A DNA stretch of 52,388 bases from Thermoanaerobaculia bacterium (GTDB lineage: Bacteria; Acidobacteriota; Thermoanaerobaculia; Multivoradales; Multivoraceae). The position numbers and the translations under genes are program-made. Under the pieces are notes generated by a model, which was given only the letters and a program-made list of their open reading frames with translations, had not been told where the DNA came from and searched no databases. Shown here one piece after another: positions 1 to 10,740 of this stretch (the stretch's first letter is position 1; each line of letters opens with the position of its first letter). The stretch covers positions 1-52,388 of the forward strand of contig DATKDQ010000222.1 in NCBI GenBank assembly GCA_035544635.1. Reading direction: 5' to 3'.

Positions 1-139
1 CGGAGATGGTGATGCCGGGGGACAACGTGAACCTGACGGTGGAGCTGATCGCTCCGATCGCGATGGAGCGCGGCCTGCGCTTCGCGATCCGTGAGGGCGG
101 GCGCACGGTCGGCGCCGGCACCGTGACGGAGATCCTGGA

Positions 140-143
<4 letters not shown>
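1..143 (+). CDS. tuf: Elongation factor Tu, 3' end (partial, runs off the left edge)
   Basis: Frame 3 translates to [46 protein letters not shown], the conserved EF-Tu C-terminus. Stop TGA is at 141-143. Confidence 0.93.
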
Positions 144-457
<314 letters not shown>

Positions 458-479
458 GCAGATAGGGGGAGAGACGACC

Positions 480-1112
480 ATGGACGGCATTCTCGGCCGC
501 AAGCTGGGCATGACCCAGATCTTCGCGGAGGACGGTACGGCGTTGCCCGTGACCTTGGTCGCGGCCGGTCCTTGCGTGGTGGTGCAGCGCAAGACCACGG
601 AGACCGACGGGTACGAGGCCGTCCAGCTCGGTCTCCTCGAGGACAAGCCTCCCAAGAAGATCTCGAAGCCGTTGAAGGGGCACCTCGACAAGGCGGGCGT
701 CGGTCCAGTGCGCCGGTTCGCCGAGTTCGACATCGGCCCCGACGACGCGGAGGCGAGGGCGGGCGACCAGGTGAAGGTCTCGATCTTCGAGCCCGACCAG
801 TTCGTCGACGTCGTGGGCACCAGCAAGGGCAAGGGGTTCCAGGGGGTGGTCCGGCGCCACCACTTCCGGGGTGGCCGGGCGACGCACGGGTCGATGTTCC
901 ATCGCGCCCCTGGCTCGATCGGCGGGTCCTCGGAGCCCTCCCGCGTCTTCCCCGGCATGCGAGCCGCGGGACGCATGGGCGGCAAGCGGGTGACCGCGAA
1001 GAACGTGCGCGTGGTGAAGGTGGACGAGGATCGCGGGCTCCTGTTCCTGCACGGCGCCGTGCCGGGGCCGCGCGGCGGCTACGTCCAGATCCGCCGGGCG
1101 AAGAAGGGATGA
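480..1112 (+). CDS. rplC: 50S ribosomal protein L3
   Basis: Internal ATG at 480 gives [15 protein letters not shown], the canonical L3 N-terminus. GGGGGAGAG lies upstream. The ORF-track start at 423 was rejected. Confidence 0.95.
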   Translation: MDGILGRKLGMTQIFAEDGTALPVTLVAAGPCVVVQRKTTETDGYEAVQLGLLEDKPPKKISKPLKGHLDKAGVGPVRRFAEFDIGPDDAEARAGDQVKVSIFEPDQFVDVVGTSKGKGFQGVVRRHHFRGGRATHGSMFHRAPGSIGGSSEPSRVFPGMRAAGRMGGKRVTAKNVRVVKVDEDRGLLFLHGAVPGPRGGYVQIRRAKKG

Positions 1113-1741
1113 AGGCGATGAAGATCGCGGTCAAGAGCCTCGGGGGCGAGACGCTGCGCGAGATCGAGGTGCCGGAGGAGGTATTCGGCTACCCCTACAA
1201 GCAGGACCTCATCCACGCCGCCGTGGTGTCCATCCTGGCCGCGCGGCGCAGCGGCACGCACCAGACCAAGACCCGCGGCGAGGTCTCGGGCTCCGGGCGC
1301 AAGCCGTGGCGGCAGAAGGGAACCGGACGCGCGCGCGTCGGCAGCATCCGGACGCCGCTGTGGCGAAAGGGCGGCACGGTGCACGGTCCGGTGCCGCGCG
1401 ACCACGCCAACAAGCTCTCTCGGGGCGAGAAGAGAAACGCCTTGAAGTCAGCGCTGTCGCGCAAGCTCGCGGAGGAGAGGATCGTCGTGGTCGACGGCCT
1501 CGATCTCGAGAGCCACAAGACGGCTGCCCTCTCGAAGCAGCTCTCGGAGCTGGGGATCCACGGTAAGGCTCTGTTGATCGACCGTCACGACAACCGGAAC
1601 CTCGAGCTGGCGTCGCGCAACCAGCCGACGCTCAAGATGGTCGACGCGCTCGCGGTCAACGTGTACGACGTAGTGGATCGTCCGTACCTGGTCGCGAGCG
1701 TTGCCGCGCTCGGACGGCTGATCGAGGTGCTACAGCGATGA
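1109..1741 (+). CDS. rplD: 50S ribosomal protein L4
   Basis: ATG 1109 overlaps the rplC stop (ATGA). The translation [13 protein letters not shown]...[13 protein letters not shown] is L4-like. The longer ORF from 572 is an out-of-context extension. Confidence 0.93.
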   Translation: MKAMKIAVKSLGGETLREIEVPEEVFGYPYKQDLIHAAVVSILAARRSGTHQTKTRGEVSGSGRKPWRQKGTGRARVGSIRTPLWRKGGTVHGPVPRDHANKLSRGEKRNALKSALSRKLAEERIVVVDGLDLESHKTAALSKQLSELGIHGKALLIDRHDNRNLELASRNQPTLKMVDALAVNVYDVVDRPYLVASVAALGRLIEVLQR

Positions 1742-2025
1742 GGATCCAGGACGTCATCCGCCGCCCACTGATCACCGAGAAGTCCACGGAGCTGCGCGAC
1801 ACCGGCGTGGTCGCCTTCGAGGTCGATCCGCGGGCCAACAAGATCCAGATCAAGAAGGCGATCGAGGCGCAGTTCCAGCGCAAGGTGAGCGCGGTCCGGG
1901 TGGCGCGGTTCGCCGGCAAGGAGCGCCGCCAGGGCCGCTTCAAGGGCCGGCGCCCGGAGTGGAAGAAGGCGTACGTCCGGCTCGCGGCAGGCGAGAAGCC
2001 GATCGAGTTCTTCGAGGGGATGTAG
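1738..2025 (+). CDS. rplW: 50S ribosomal protein L23
   Basis: 95-aa ORF (RPLITEKS...KKAYVRL) with an ATGA overlap onto rplD. Confidence 0.95.
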   Translation: MRIQDVIRRPLITEKSTELRDTGVVAFEVDPRANKIQIKKAIEAQFQRKVSAVRVARFAGKERRQGRFKGRRPEWKKAYVRLAAGEKPIEFFEGM

Positions 2026-2029
2026 GGTC

Positions 2030-2857
2030 ATGGCGATCAAGAAGAGAAAGCCGACCAATTCGGCGAGCCGGTTCCAGGAGTACGCGGGCTTCGAGGAGCT
2101 CACGGTGAGCGAGCCGCACAAGCCGCTGGTCAGGGGCTCAAAGCGCAGCGGCGCCCGCAACAACCGGGGGCATACCACGGTCCGCTTCCGCGGCGGCGGT
2201 CATCGCCGCCGCTACCGCGAGATCGACTTTCGGCGCGAAAAGCACGACGTGCCGGCCAAGGTGGCGACCGTCGAGTACGATCCCAACCGGTCGGCTCGCA
2301 TCTGCCTGCTGCACTACGCGGACGGCGAGAAGCGCTACATCCTGTGGCCGGTCGGGCTCGGCGTGGGCGACACCGTGTCCTCGGGCGAGACGGCAGAGAT
2401 CAACGTGGGCAACGCGATGCCGATCCGCCGCATCCCGCTGGGCACGGTGATCCACTCGATCGAGCTCAGGCAGGGTCGCGGCGGGCAGCTTGCGCGCTCC
2501 GCCGGTGCCGGCGCCCAGCTGATGGCGAGAGAGGGCTCACACGCGCAGCTGAAGATGCCGTCGGGTGAGGTGCGCCGCGTGCACGTCGAGTGCTACGCCA
2601 CCATCGGACAGGTGGGGAATGTCGAGCACTCGAACGTGTCGCTCGGCAAGGCCGGCCGCAAACGCTGGCTCGGACGGCGTCCGCACAACCGCGGCGTGAC
2701 CATGAACCCGGTCGACCACCCGATGGGCGGCGGAGAGGGTAAGTCGTCGGGTGGACGCCACCCGACGACGCCGTGGGGGGTGCCCACCAAGGGGTACCGG
2801 ACGCGGAACAACAAGCGCACCAACCGTTGGATCGTGAAGCGGCGGTTTCAGAAGTAG
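2030..2857 (+). CDS. rplB: 50S ribosomal protein L2
   Basis: 275-aa ORF containing GRNNRG, HGGG-like and [13 protein letters not shown] motifs. Confidence 0.97.
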   Translation: MAIKKRKPTNSASRFQEYAGFEELTVSEPHKPLVRGSKRSGARNNRGHTTVRFRGGGHRRRYREIDFRREKHDVPAKVATVEYDPNRSARICLLHYADGEKRYILWPVGLGVGDTVSSGETAEINVGNAMPIRRIPLGTVIHSIELRQGRGGQLARSAGAGAQLMAREGSHAQLKMPSGEVRRVHVECYATIGQVGNVEHSNVSLGKAGRKRWLGRRPHNRGVTMNPVDHPMGGGEGKSSGGRHPTTPWGVPTKGYRTRNNKRTNRWIVKRRFQK

Positions 2858-2869
2858 ACGGGAGCAGCG

Positions 2870-3166
2870 ATGTCGCGTTCACTGAAAAAGGGCTTCTTCA
2901 TCGACAAGCACCTGCTGGACAAGGTCCGGCTGGCGACGCAGACCAAGGACCGGCGTGTGCTGCGCACCTGGTCGCGGCGCTCGACCATCATCCCGGAGAT
3001 GGTGGGCTTGACGATCGCGGTGCACAACGGGACCAAGTTCATCCCGATCTACATCAGCGAGAACATGGTTGGGCACAAGCTGGGGGAGTTCGCACAGACC
3101 CGCACCTTCCGCGGCCACTCCGGCGCCGCCAAGACGGAGCGCCGCGCGGCGCCGCGGCCGGCCTAG
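2870..3166 (+). CDS. rpsS: 30S ribosomal protein S19
   Basis: [12 protein letters not shown]...HKLGEF, with a short Ala/Arg-rich C-terminal tail. Confidence 0.96.
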   Translation: MSRSLKKGFFIDKHLLDKVRLATQTKDRRVLRTWSRRSTIIPEMVGLTIAVHNGTKFIPIYISENMVGHKLGEFAQTRTFRGHSGAAKTERRAAPRPA

Positions 3167-3207
3167 GTGAGCGACGGCGGCCGAGCAGCAGAAGGAGAGT
3201 AGATCGT

Positions 3208-3555
3208 ATGGAGGTCACTGCGAAGCTGCGTTACCTGCAGGGCTCACCGCAGAAGGTGAGGCTGGTCGCTGACCTCATCCGAGGCAGGCAGGTCCAGGAT
3301 GCGGCGAACGTGCTGCAGCTCACGAACAAGGCAGCGGCCCGCCCACTGCGCAAGCTGCTCAGCTCGGCGGTCGCCAATGCCGAGAACCGTGATCAGCCGG
3401 TCGACGTGGACACGCTCTACGTCAAGGAGATCTTCGTCGATCAGGGCCCGGTAGCGAAGCGCATTCGACCGGCGCCTATGGGGCGGGCGTTCCGTATCCT
3501 GAAGCGGCAGAGTCACATCACGATCAAGCTCGAGACGCGCGAGAACGAGAGCTAG
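3208..3555 (+). CDS. rplV: 50S ribosomal protein L22
   Basis: ATG 3208 gives [32 protein letters not shown] lies upstream. The in-frame extension to 2773 overlaps rplB and rpsS and was rejected. Confidence 0.94.
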   Translation: MEVTAKLRYLQGSPQKVRLVADLIRGRQVQDAANVLQLTNKAAARPLRKLLSSAVANAENRDQPVDVDTLYVKEIFVDQGPVAKRIRPAPMGRAFRILKRQSHITIKLETRENES

Positions 3556-3565
3556 GGGAGGCAAC

Positions 3566-4213
3566 GTGGGTCAGAAGACGCATCCTTACGGTTTCCGCCT
3601 GGTCTACAACAAGACCTGGCACTCGCGCTGGTACGCCGACAGCCAGTACGCGGATACGCTGGAGGCCGACCTCAAGCTGCGCCACCACCTGAAGAGACGG
3701 CTGTCACATGCCGCCGTCTCCGAGGTGGACATCGAGCGCGCCGCCGACAAGCTGCGGGTCACGATCTATACCGCGCGGCCGGGAATCATTATCGGCCGCA
3801 AAGGTGCCGAGGTGGACAAGCTGCGCGACGACCTGATGAAGCGAATGGGGCGGCCGGTGCACATCAACATCCAGGAGGTGCAGCGCCCCGAGCTCGACGC
3901 TCAGCTGGTGGCGCAGTCGATTGCCGGGCAGCTCGAGCGCCGGGTGGCATTCCGCCGCGCTATGAAGAAGGCCATGGAGTCGGCTTTCCGCTTTGGCGCG
4001 AAGGGCGTGAAGATCATGGTCTCGGGCCGCCTCGGGGGGGCGGAGATCGCGCGTTCGGAGTGGTACCAGGAAGGTCGTCTGCCGCTGCACACGCTGAAGG
4101 CGGACATCGACTACGGCTTCGCCGAAGCGCGCACCGCCTCGGGGAAGATCGGTTGCAAGGTGTGGGTTTACAAGGGCGACCTGCTCAAGGAGCGGGGCCG
4201 CCGTGCAGCTTAG
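3566..4213 (+). CDS. rpsC: 30S ribosomal protein S3
   Basis: [12 protein letters not shown]..., with KH and S3-C domains recognisable. GTG start, with GGGAGG upstream. Confidence 0.96.
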   Translation: MGQKTHPYGFRLVYNKTWHSRWYADSQYADTLEADLKLRHHLKRRLSHAAVSEVDIERAADKLRVTIYTARPGIIIGRKGAEVDKLRDDLMKRMGRPVHINIQEVQRPELDAQLVAQSIAGQLERRVAFRRAMKKAMESAFRFGAKGVKIMVSGRLGGAEIARSEWYQEGRLPLHTLKADIDYGFAEARTASGKIGCKVWVYKGDLLKERGRRAA

Positions 4214-4228
4214 CTTGTTAGCAGGGGA

Positions 4229-4310
4229 GCCCGTCCGGTCGCCGGACGGGCGACACGCGCCGTCCGCGGCGCCAAAGTCATTGAGCGGAGGGGCGTGCTA
4301 AACAGCACGC
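4229..4310 (+). other. Three consecutive stem-loops in the rpsC-rplP spacer
   Basis: Three stem-loops read directly from the sequence. Hairpin 1 is GCCCGTCCGG-tcg-CCGGACGGGC at 4229-4251. Hairpin 2 is GCGCCG-tccg-CGGCGC at 4257-4272, an inverted copy of the dispersed hairpin-B motif. Hairpin 3 is GCGTGCT-aaac-AGCACGC at 4293-4310. Confidence 0.7.
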
Positions 4311-4323
4311 ACTGGAGCTAACC

Positions 4324-4743
4324 ATGTTGATGCCAAAGAAGGTCAAGTGGCGCAAGCAGCAGCGCGGGCGACGCGGCGGGCGGACCAAGGGAGGCGAGTA
4401 CCTCGCCTTCGGCGACTACGGGCTGCAGGCGCTCGAGCCGGGCTGGGTGACCGCTCGCCAGATCGAGGCCGCCCGCGTCGCGATCTCGCGCGCGGTCAAG
4501 CGCGGCGGCAAGCTCTGGATCCGAGTCTTTCCGGACAAGCCGGTGACCAAGAAGCCGCTCGAGACCCGCATGGGCAAGGGCAAGGGCAACCCCGAGGAGT
4601 GGGTGGCGGTGGTGAAGCCGGCGCGCATCCTCTACGAGATCGAGGGGGTGACCGAACAGGTGGCGGAGGAGGCGATGAAGATGGCCTCGCACAAGCTCGG
4701 CATCCGGGCGCGTTTCGTGAGCCGTCACGAGGAGCTGAGGTGA
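4324..4743 (+). CDS. rplP: 50S ribosomal protein L16
   Basis: [16 protein letters not shown]..., with GGAG 7 nt upstream. Confidence 0.96.
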   Translation: MLMPKKVKWRKQQRGRRGGRTKGGEYLAFGDYGLQALEPGWVTARQIEAARVAISRAVKRGGKLWIRVFPDKPVTKKPLETRMGKGKGNPEEWVAVVKPARILYEIEGVTEQVAEEAMKMASHKLGIRARFVSRHEELR

Positions 4744-4750
4744 ACGAGCG

Positions 4751-4942
4751 ATGAAGGTTTCGGAAGTCCGGCAGTGGAGCGAGGAGGAGTTGCGCAGCAA
4801 AGAGAACGAGCTGGTGGATCAGCTCTTCGCCTTCCGCTTGCAAAGGGTGACGGGCCAGATCGAGAGCTCGGCCAAGGTGCGGCAGACCCGCCGCGACCTC
4901 GCCCGGGTGCTCACGGTTCTCCGGGAAAGGCAGGGCGCGTGA
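4751..4942 (+). CDS. rpmC: 50S ribosomal protein L29
   Basis: 63-aa ORF ([19 protein letters not shown]), in the expected position after rplP. Confidence 0.93.
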   Translation: MKVSEVRQWSEEELRSKENELVDQLFAFRLQRVTGQIESSAKVRQTRRDLARVLTVLRERQGA

Positions 4943-5253
4943 TGGCGATCGGCGATACGACGAGCGAAGGCACGATCGAGAGCGGCGAGCGCCGCGGCAA
5001 GGCCCAGGTCAAAGTGGGCACGGTGGTGAGCGACCGGATGGACAAGACCGTCGTGGTGGAGGTGGAAGGTAAGTCGACCCACCGCCTGTACCACCGTCAA
5101 GTGAAGCGGACCAAGCGGTTCGCTGCCCATGACGAGCGCAACGAGGCCAAGGTCGGGGACCGCGTCGTTCTGGAGTCCACGCGCCCGCTGTCGAAGAGCA
5201 AGCGCTGGCGGGTCCGCGAGATCCTGCGGCGCTCGGTCGAGGTGGAGCCATGA
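4942..5253 (+). CDS. rpsQ: 30S ribosomal protein S17
   Basis: ATG 4942 overlaps the last base of the rpmC stop. [18 protein letters not shown]...[13 protein letters not shown] is S17. About 20 aa of N-terminal extension. Confidence 0.93.
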   Translation: MAIGDTTSEGTIESGERRGKAQVKVGTVVSDRMDKTVVVEVEGKSTHRLYHRQVKRTKRFAAHDERNEAKVGDRVVLESTRPLSKSKRWRVREILRRSVEVEP

Positions 5254-5618
5254 TCCAGATGGGGACCGTGCTCGACGTCGCCGACAACTCGGGAGCCAAG
5301 AAGATCGCCTGCATTACGCTGCTCGGCGGCTCCTCGGGTCAATATGCGCGGCTGGGCGACGTCATCACCGCCTCGGTGAAGGAGGCGGCGCCGGACGGCA
5401 CGGTCAAGAAGGGGCAGGTGGTCAAGGCGGTGATCGTACGGACGGTGAAGCAGCACCGCCGCAAGGACGGCAGCTACATTCGGTTCGAGAGCAACTCGGC
5501 GGTGCTGATCGACGATGCCCGCGAGCCGGTAGGGACCCGCGTTTTCGGCCCGGTGGCGAGGGAGCTCCGTGAGCGCCGCTTCATGAAGATCGTGTCGCTG
5601 GCGCCCGAAGTGCTTTGA
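5250..5618 (+). CDS. rplN: 50S ribosomal protein L14
   Basis: [18 protein letters not shown]..., 122 aa. Confidence 0.97.
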   Translation: MIQMGTVLDVADNSGAKKIACITLLGGSSGQYARLGDVITASVKEAAPDGTVKKGQVVKAVIVRTVKQHRRKDGSYIRFESNSAVLIDDAREPVGTRVFGPVARELRERRFMKIVSLAPEVL

Positions 5619-5632
5619 TCGAGGAGCGGCCG

Positions 5633-5953
5633 ATGAAGCTGAAGATCAAGAAGGGAGACCAGGTCCTGGTGATCACCGGGAAGAACCGTGGCGCCCGGGG
5701 GAAGGTGCTGCGTATGGTTCCGGCGCAGGGCAAGGCGATCGTCGAGGGTGTGAACATGATCAAGCGCCACACCAAGCCCAACCCACAGCGCCAGATCAAG
5801 GGCGGCGTGGTGGAGCGCGAGGCGCCGATCGCGGTCTCGAAGCTGATGCTGATCGACCCGGACAGCGGCAAGCCGACCCGAGTGGGCTGGAAGCGCAACG
5901 CCGACGGCACCGTGTCGCGCGTCGCCAAGGTCTCGGGCGCGGTGGTCAGCTAG
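5633..5953 (+). CDS. rplX: 50S ribosomal protein L24
   Basis: ATG 5633 gives MKLKIKKGDQVLVITGKNRG (KOW motif). GAGGAG lies at 5621-5626. The ORF-track TTG at 5615 is considered less likely. Confidence 0.92.
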   Translation: MKLKIKKGDQVLVITGKNRGARGKVLRMVPAQGKAIVEGVNMIKRHTKPNPQRQIKGGVVEREAPIAVSKLMLIDPDSGKPTRVGWKRNADGTVSRVAKVSGAVVS

Positions 5954-5979
5954 CCGGCGAGTAACGAGGACGGAGAACG

Positions 5980-6594
5980 ATGGCGAAGAAGCAAGCGAAG
6001 GCGGCACCACCGGGCGGTAGACCGGCCGCGATCGCAGTGAAGCCACGCCTCAAAGCGCGCTTCGAGGAGGAGGTGCGTCCGGGGCTGATGCAGCAGTTCG
6101 GCATCACCAACACGATGGCGGCGCCCCGCATCGAGAAGGTGGTGCTCAACATCGGACTGGGCGAGGCGAGCCGCAACATCAAGCTGCTGGACGCGGCGAT
6201 GGAGGAGCTCCAGGCGATCGCCGGCCAGCACCCGACCATCACCCGCGCGCGCAAGTCGATCGCCGCCTTCAAGCTGCGCGAGGGGATGCCGATCGGCTGC
6301 CGCGTTACCCTGAGGGACGCCCGGATGTGGGAGTTCCTCGACCGCCTCATCAACGTCGCGCTGCCGCGCGTCCGCGACTTCCGCGGTGTGCCCGCGAAGA
6401 GCTTCGACGGCCGCGGCAGCTATACGCTCGGCATCCGCGACCACCTCATATTCCCCGAGGTCGACTACAACAAGGCCGAGGGAACCAAAGGTTTGAACGT
6501 AACGATCGTGACCTCCGCACGGACGGACGAGCAGGCCCGCCACCTCCTGCGCGCGCTGGGCATGCCCTTCGCGCAGGACGGGGCGGCCGCCTGA
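5980..6594 (+). CDS. rplE: 50S ribosomal protein L5
   Basis: The conserved core is [11 protein letters not shown]...[14 protein letters not shown] lies 5 nt upstream of ATG 5980. This start gives about 20 aa of N-terminal extension. An alternative GTG at 6037 has no SD. Confidence 0.93.
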   Translation: MAKKQAKAAPPGGRPAAIAVKPRLKARFEEEVRPGLMQQFGITNTMAAPRIEKVVLNIGLGEASRNIKLLDAAMEELQAIAGQHPTITRARKSIAAFKLREGMPIGCRVTLRDARMWEFLDRLINVALPRVRDFRGVPAKSFDGRGSYTLGIRDHLIFPEVDYNKAEGTKGLNVTIVTSARTDEQARHLLRALGMPFAQDGAAA

Positions 6595-6612
6595 GGCCGG
6601 GAGCCTTCATCG

Positions 6613-7011
6613 ATGAACACGACCGATCCGATCTCCGACTACCTCACCCGCATCCGCAACGCCATTCTGGCGAAGCACGACCGTGTGGACGTGCCGCTCT
6701 CGAAGCTCAAGCTCGAGCTCAGCGGCATCCTGCGTGACGAGGGGTACATCCGCGACTTCGACGTGGTCGAGGAGCAGCCGGTCGGGAAGATCCGGCTTTT
6801 CCTGCGCTACACGCCTGACGGGACGCCGGCGATCACTCGTATAGCGCGCGTCTCCAAGCCCGGGCGGCGGGTGTACAAGAAGGCGGTGGAGATCGGGCCG
6901 GTGCTCAACGGCATCGGGCTCGGCATCATCTCGACCTCCCGCGGGATCCTCACCTTCGACCAGGCGAAGCGCGAGGGCGTCGGGGGCGAAGTGTTGTGCG
7001 AGCTCTGGTAG
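6613..7011 (+). CDS. rpsH: 30S ribosomal protein S8
   Basis: MNTTDPISDYLTRIRNA..., 132 aa. It follows rplE after only 18 nt, so there is no S14 gene between them. Confidence 0.96.
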   Translation: MNTTDPISDYLTRIRNAILAKHDRVDVPLSKLKLELSGILRDEGYIRDFDVVEEQPVGKIRLFLRYTPDGTPAITRIARVSKPGRRVYKKAVEIGPVLNGIGLGIISTSRGILTFDQAKREGVGGEVLCELW

Positions 7012-7032
7012 GCGCCGGCCAGGAGTAGTGAC

Positions 7033-7572
7033 ATGTCACGTATCGGCAGACTCCCGATCCAGCTTCCCGAGGGCGCCCAGGTGTCGCTCGACGGGCGAGT
7101 GTTCACGGCCTCCGGCCCCAAGGGGAACGTGGCGCAGGACCTGGTCGACGGCATCGACGTCAAGATCGAGGATGGCACGGTCACCGTTCTTCGCTCCGGT
7201 GACAGTGGCCCCGACCGGGCGAAGCACGGCCTGATGAGGGCGCTCCTAGCCAACGCGGTGAAGGGCGTCACCGAGGGCTGGAGCCGCGAGCTGGAGATCC
7301 ACGGCGTGGGCTTCCGCGCGGAGGCGAAGGCCAACGAGGTCCACCTCGCCCTCGGATATTCGCACCCCGTAGTGTTCCGGGTGCCAGAGGGTGTCAAAGT
7401 CGAAGTGGATCGCAACACCCGGATCGTGGTGAGTGGCGCGGACCGCCAGCAGGTGGGGCAGGTGGCGGCGGAAATCCGCAAGCTGCGGCGTCCCGACGCC
7501 TACAAGGGCAAGGGGATCCGGTACAAGGACGAGCGTTTGAAGCTCAAGGTCGGCAAGGCCGGAGTCGGCTAG
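7033..7572 (+). CDS. rplF: 50S ribosomal protein L6
   Basis: MSRIGRLPIQLPEG..., 179 aa. Confidence 0.96.
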   Translation: MSRIGRLPIQLPEGAQVSLDGRVFTASGPKGNVAQDLVDGIDVKIEDGTVTVLRSGDSGPDRAKHGLMRALLANAVKGVTEGWSRELEIHGVGFRAEAKANEVHLALGYSHPVVFRVPEGVKVEVDRNTRIVVSGADRQQVGQVAAEIRKLRRPDAYKGKGIRYKDERLKLKVGKAGVG

Positions 7573-7663
7573 CCATGCCTTCGGCGCCGAGGACGGCGCG
7601 GCTCCGAAGATGCTGGATGGCATTTTCTCCGCTCGCACCTTGTTGGCGCCGAGGACGGCACGG
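7571..7663 (+). repeat. Composite intergenic hairpin element in the rplF-rplR spacer
   Basis: The element reads AGCCATGCCTTCG, then hairpin B at 7584-7599, then CTCC, then a degenerate hairpin A (GAAGATGCTGGATGGCATTTTC, about 7606-7627), then TCCGC, then a second hairpin B at 7646-7661. It aligns by eye with the 48.0-48.14 kb array. Confidence 0.75.
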
Positions 7664-7693
7664 TTCGAGAACGTTGGGTAGCGGGAGCTCGAG

Positions 7694-8080
7694 ATGAACG
7701 ATCTGCGCAGGAAGCACATTCTGAAGAAGCGCGCGCGCCGGCGGCGCGCGCATCTGCGGGTGAGGAAGCGGGTGCGCGGCTCGGCGGAGCGGCCGCGACT
7801 GTGTGTATACAAGAGCCTGCGTTACATCTACGCCCAGATCGTCGACGATCTGGAGGGGCAGACGCTGGCTCACGCCAGCTCGCTCGAGAAGGACGTTCGT
7901 GGCGCGCTCGGCAAGTCGACGGGTAACAAGGGCGCCGCCAAGGCGGTCGGTCGGAAGATCGCGGAGCGAGCGCTGGAGAAGGGCATCAAGAGCGTCGTGT
8001 TCGATCGCGGTGGCTACGTGTATCACGGCAAGGTGAAGGAGCTGGCCGAGGGGGCCAGAGAGAAGGGGCTCCAGTTTTGA
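7694..8080 (+). CDS. rplR: 50S ribosomal protein L18
   Basis: 128-aa ORF with ...[18 protein letters not shown]...[22 protein letters not shown]. Confidence 0.95.
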   Translation: MNDLRRKHILKKRARRRRAHLRVRKRVRGSAERPRLCVYKSLRYIYAQIVDDLEGQTLAHASSLEKDVRGALGKSTGNKGAAKAVGRKIAERALEKGIKSVVFDRGGYVYHGKVKELAEGAREKGLQF

Positions 8081-8130
8081 GTATTCCTCAGCGCGGCGGG
8101 CTCGCAAGCGACAGGGGCAGGAGAACGAGC

Positions 8131-8712
8131 GTGACCACGACCGACAGGGACAGAGATCGCGACCGGGACGGTGGTGAGCTGTACGAGGAGGTCGTACACA
8201 TCAACCGTGTGACCAAGGTCGTCAAGGGCGGCAAGAACTTCTCTTTCTCGGCCCTGGTGGTCGTCGGTGACGGCAACGGCCGCGTCGGCTATGGCGCGGG
8301 AAAGGCGAAGGAGGTCCCGATGGCGATCCGCAAGGGGATCGAGATCGCCAAGAAGAACATGATCGAGGTCGCCATGAGAGGCACTTCGATTCCACACGAG
8401 GTGGTCGGCGTGTACGGCGCGGGTCGCGTGCTGCTGCGTCCGGCGTCCGAGGGCACCGGCGTAATCGCGGGCGGGCCGGTGCGCGCGGTGATCGAGACCG
8501 CCGGGATCCAGGACATCCTGACCAAGTCGCTGGGCTCGACCAACCCGCACAACGTGGTCAAGGCGACGTTCGCCGGGCTGCTGCGGCTGCGTACGCGCGA
8601 GGCCGCGCTGGCCCAGCGTGGAGTCTCGGCCGAGCGTGCGGGGGCGGAGGAGGCGGTCGCCATCGCCGCCGAGGCCGGCGACTCGGTGGCGCCGGGGGAG
8701 GGGGCGGAATGA
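8131..8712 (+). CDS. rpsE: 30S ribosomal protein S5
   Basis: The core is [45 protein letters not shown] 8131 is preceded by AGGAG at a 7-nt spacing. The ORF-track TTG at 8077 remains possible. Confidence 0.9.
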   Translation: MTTTDRDRDRDRDGGELYEEVVHINRVTKVVKGGKNFSFSALVVVGDGNGRVGYGAGKAKEVPMAIRKGIEIAKKNMIEVAMRGTSIPHEVVGVYGAGRVLLRPASEGTGVIAGGPVRAVIETAGIQDILTKSLGSTNPHNVVKATFAGLLRLRTREAALAQRGVSAERAGAEEAVAIAAEAGDSVAPGEGAE

Positions 8713-8933
8713 CGGCCCGGCGGTCCGACCATTCTCGCCCACCCGCGGGCCAGCGACTGCGCATCCAGCAGGTACGTTCCGCGATCGGCTCCAACCCGCG
8801 CCAGCGCGAGACATTGCGCACGCTCGGGCTGCGGCGCATTCGCGAGATCGTCGAGCGTGACGACACTCCGGCGGTGCGCGGCGCGGTCGCCAAGATTCCG
8901 CACCTGGTTCGAATCGTCGAGGATGAACGATGA
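8709..8933 (+). CDS. rpmD: 50S ribosomal protein L30
   Basis: [28 protein letters not shown]...[12 protein letters not shown] overlap with rpsE. 14-aa N-terminal extension. Confidence 0.9.
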   Translation: MTARRSDHSRPPAGQRLRIQQVRSAIGSNPRQRETLRTLGLRRIREIVERDDTPAVRGAVAKIPHLVRIVEDER

Positions 8934-9361
8934 AGCTCCACGAGCTCAAGCCCCGCCAGGGGGCGAAGCACAGCCGCAAACGCGTCGGGCGGGGCCCCGG
9001 CTCCGGGACCGGCAAGACCGCCGGCAGGGGCCACAAGGGGCAGAAGTCGCGCTCCGGCTACAGCCAGCGGATCGGCTTCGAGGGCGGCCAGATGCCGCTC
9101 GTGCGCCGGGTGCCGAAGCGGGGCTTCACCAACATCTTCAAGACTCGATACGCGACGGTGAACCTGTCGCAGCTCGCGGATCTGGGCCCGGAGATCGACA
9201 CCGAGGTGCTGCTTCGCCACGGTCTGGTCCGCCGCGGCAGGCCGGTCAAGATCCTGGGCGACGGTGAAGTGACCGCTTCGCTCCAGGTGACCGCGGACAA
9301 GTTCAGCCGCGCCGCGCGCGAGAAGATCGAGGCGGCGGGAGGCCGCTGCACTGAGCCATGA
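8930..9361 (+). CDS. rplO: 50S ribosomal protein L15
   Basis: [43 protein letters not shown]. Confidence 0.96.
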   Translation: MKLHELKPRQGAKHSRKRVGRGPGSGTGKTAGRGHKGQKSRSGYSQRIGFEGGQMPLVRRVPKRGFTNIFKTRYATVNLSQLADLGPEIDTEVLLRHGLVRRGRPVKILGDGEVTASLQVTADKFSRAAREKIEAAGGRCTEP

Positions 9362-10740
9362 TCGAGAGCTTCCGCAACATCTTCGCGATCCCCGACCTCC
9401 GCAAGCGGCTGCTGTTCACGTTCGGCCTGCTCGCCGTCTACCGGCTCGGCTGCTACATCCCCACGCCGGGAATCGACCCGGGTGCGCTGCTCGAGCTGAT
9501 GGAAACGCTGCGCGGTACCGTGCTCGGCTTCGTGAACACGTTCACCGGCGGCAGCTTGGAGCGGGTCGCCGTGTTCGCGCTGGGGATCATGCCGTACATC
9601 ACGGCGTCGATCATCCTGCAGCTCCTCACTGTGGTGGTGCCCCACCTCGAGAAGCTCTCCAAGGAGGGCGAGCTCGGGCGCAAGAAGATCACGCAGTACA
9701 CCCGCTACGGGACCATGGTGATCTCGATCGTGCAGTCGATGGGGATCGCGCTCTTCCTCGAGAGCACACCCACTCCAGGCGGCGCCTCGCTGGTGCCGGC
9801 GCCGGGCTGGGGCTTCCGGCTGATGACCGTGCTTTCGCTGACCACGGGCTGCGCGGTCGTGATGTGGCTGGGGGAGCAGATCACCGAGCGCGGGATCGGC
9901 AACGGCATCTCACTCGTCATCTTCGCCGGGATCGTGGTCGGACTGCCGGGAGCGCTGATCTCCATCATCCAGCAACTCCAGGCCGGCGCGCTTTCGATCC
10001 TTCAGGTGCTGCTCCTGACCGTCTTCATGGTGGCGGTGATCGCCTTCATCGTCAGGATGGAACGGGCCCAACGTCGCATTCCGGTGCAGTACGCGAAGCG
10101 CGTGGTCGGGCGGCGCATGTACGGCGGCCAGAGCACCTATCTGCCGCTGCGCGTCAACACTGGCGGCGTCATCCCGGTGATCTTCGCCAGCTCGGTGGTC
10201 ACCATCCCCCAGACCATCGCTCGAATGATTCCGGTCGATTGGCTGCAGACGGTGGCCGACGCGATCCAGTGGGGGCAGCCGGTCTACTACCTGCTGTACG
10301 TCGCGGCGATCATCTTCTTTTGCTATTTCTACGTGTCGATCATCTTCAACCCCGCCGATCTGGCCGAGAACATGCGGAAGTACGGTGGGTTCATTCCCGG
10401 CATCCGCTCGGGGCGCCGGACCGCGGAGTACATCGACCGCATCCTGACCCGGCTCACGGTGGTCGGTGCGCTCTATCTGGCCGCCGTCTCGGTGCTGCCC
10501 GAGTTCCTCATCACCGGGTTCAAGGTCGAGGGCATTCCGTTCGTCGGGCGGAGCCTCGACGCGGTCATGCCGGCGTGGTTCACCCAGGGCCTCGGCCTCA
10601 ACTTCTACTTCGGCGGTACCTCGCTCCTGATCGTGGTCGGCGTGGCGATGGATACCCTGCAGCAGATCGAGAGCCAGCTGGTCATGCGCAACTACGACGG
10701 GTTCATGAAGCGGGGGAGGATCCGTGGGCGCCGCGGGTGA
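9358..10740 (+). CDS. secY: Preprotein translocase subunit SecY
   Basis: 460-aa polytopic membrane protein in the canonical position after rplO. Contains [15 protein letters not shown] and the plug/TM motifs. Confidence 0.96.
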   Translation: MIESFRNIFAIPDLRKRLLFTFGLLAVYRLGCYIPTPGIDPGALLELMETLRGTVLGFVNTFTGGSLERVAVFALGIMPYITASIILQLLTVVVPHLEKLSKEGELGRKKITQYTRYGTMVISIVQSMGIALFLESTPTPGGASLVPAPGWGFRLMTVLSLTTGCAVVMWLGEQITERGIGNGISLVIFAGIVVGLPGALISIIQQLQAGALSILQVLLLTVFMVAVIAFIVRMERAQRRIPVQYAKRVVGRRMYGGQSTYLPLRVNTGGVIPVIFASSVVTIPQTIARMIPVDWLQTVADAIQWGQPVYYLLYVAAIIFFCYFYVSIIFNPADLAENMRKYGGFIPGIRSGRRTAEYIDRILTRLTVVGALYLAAVSVLPEFLITGFKVEGIPFVGRSLDAVMPAWFTQGLGLNFYFGGTSLLIVVGVAMDTLQQIESQLVMRNYDGFMKRGRIRGRRG

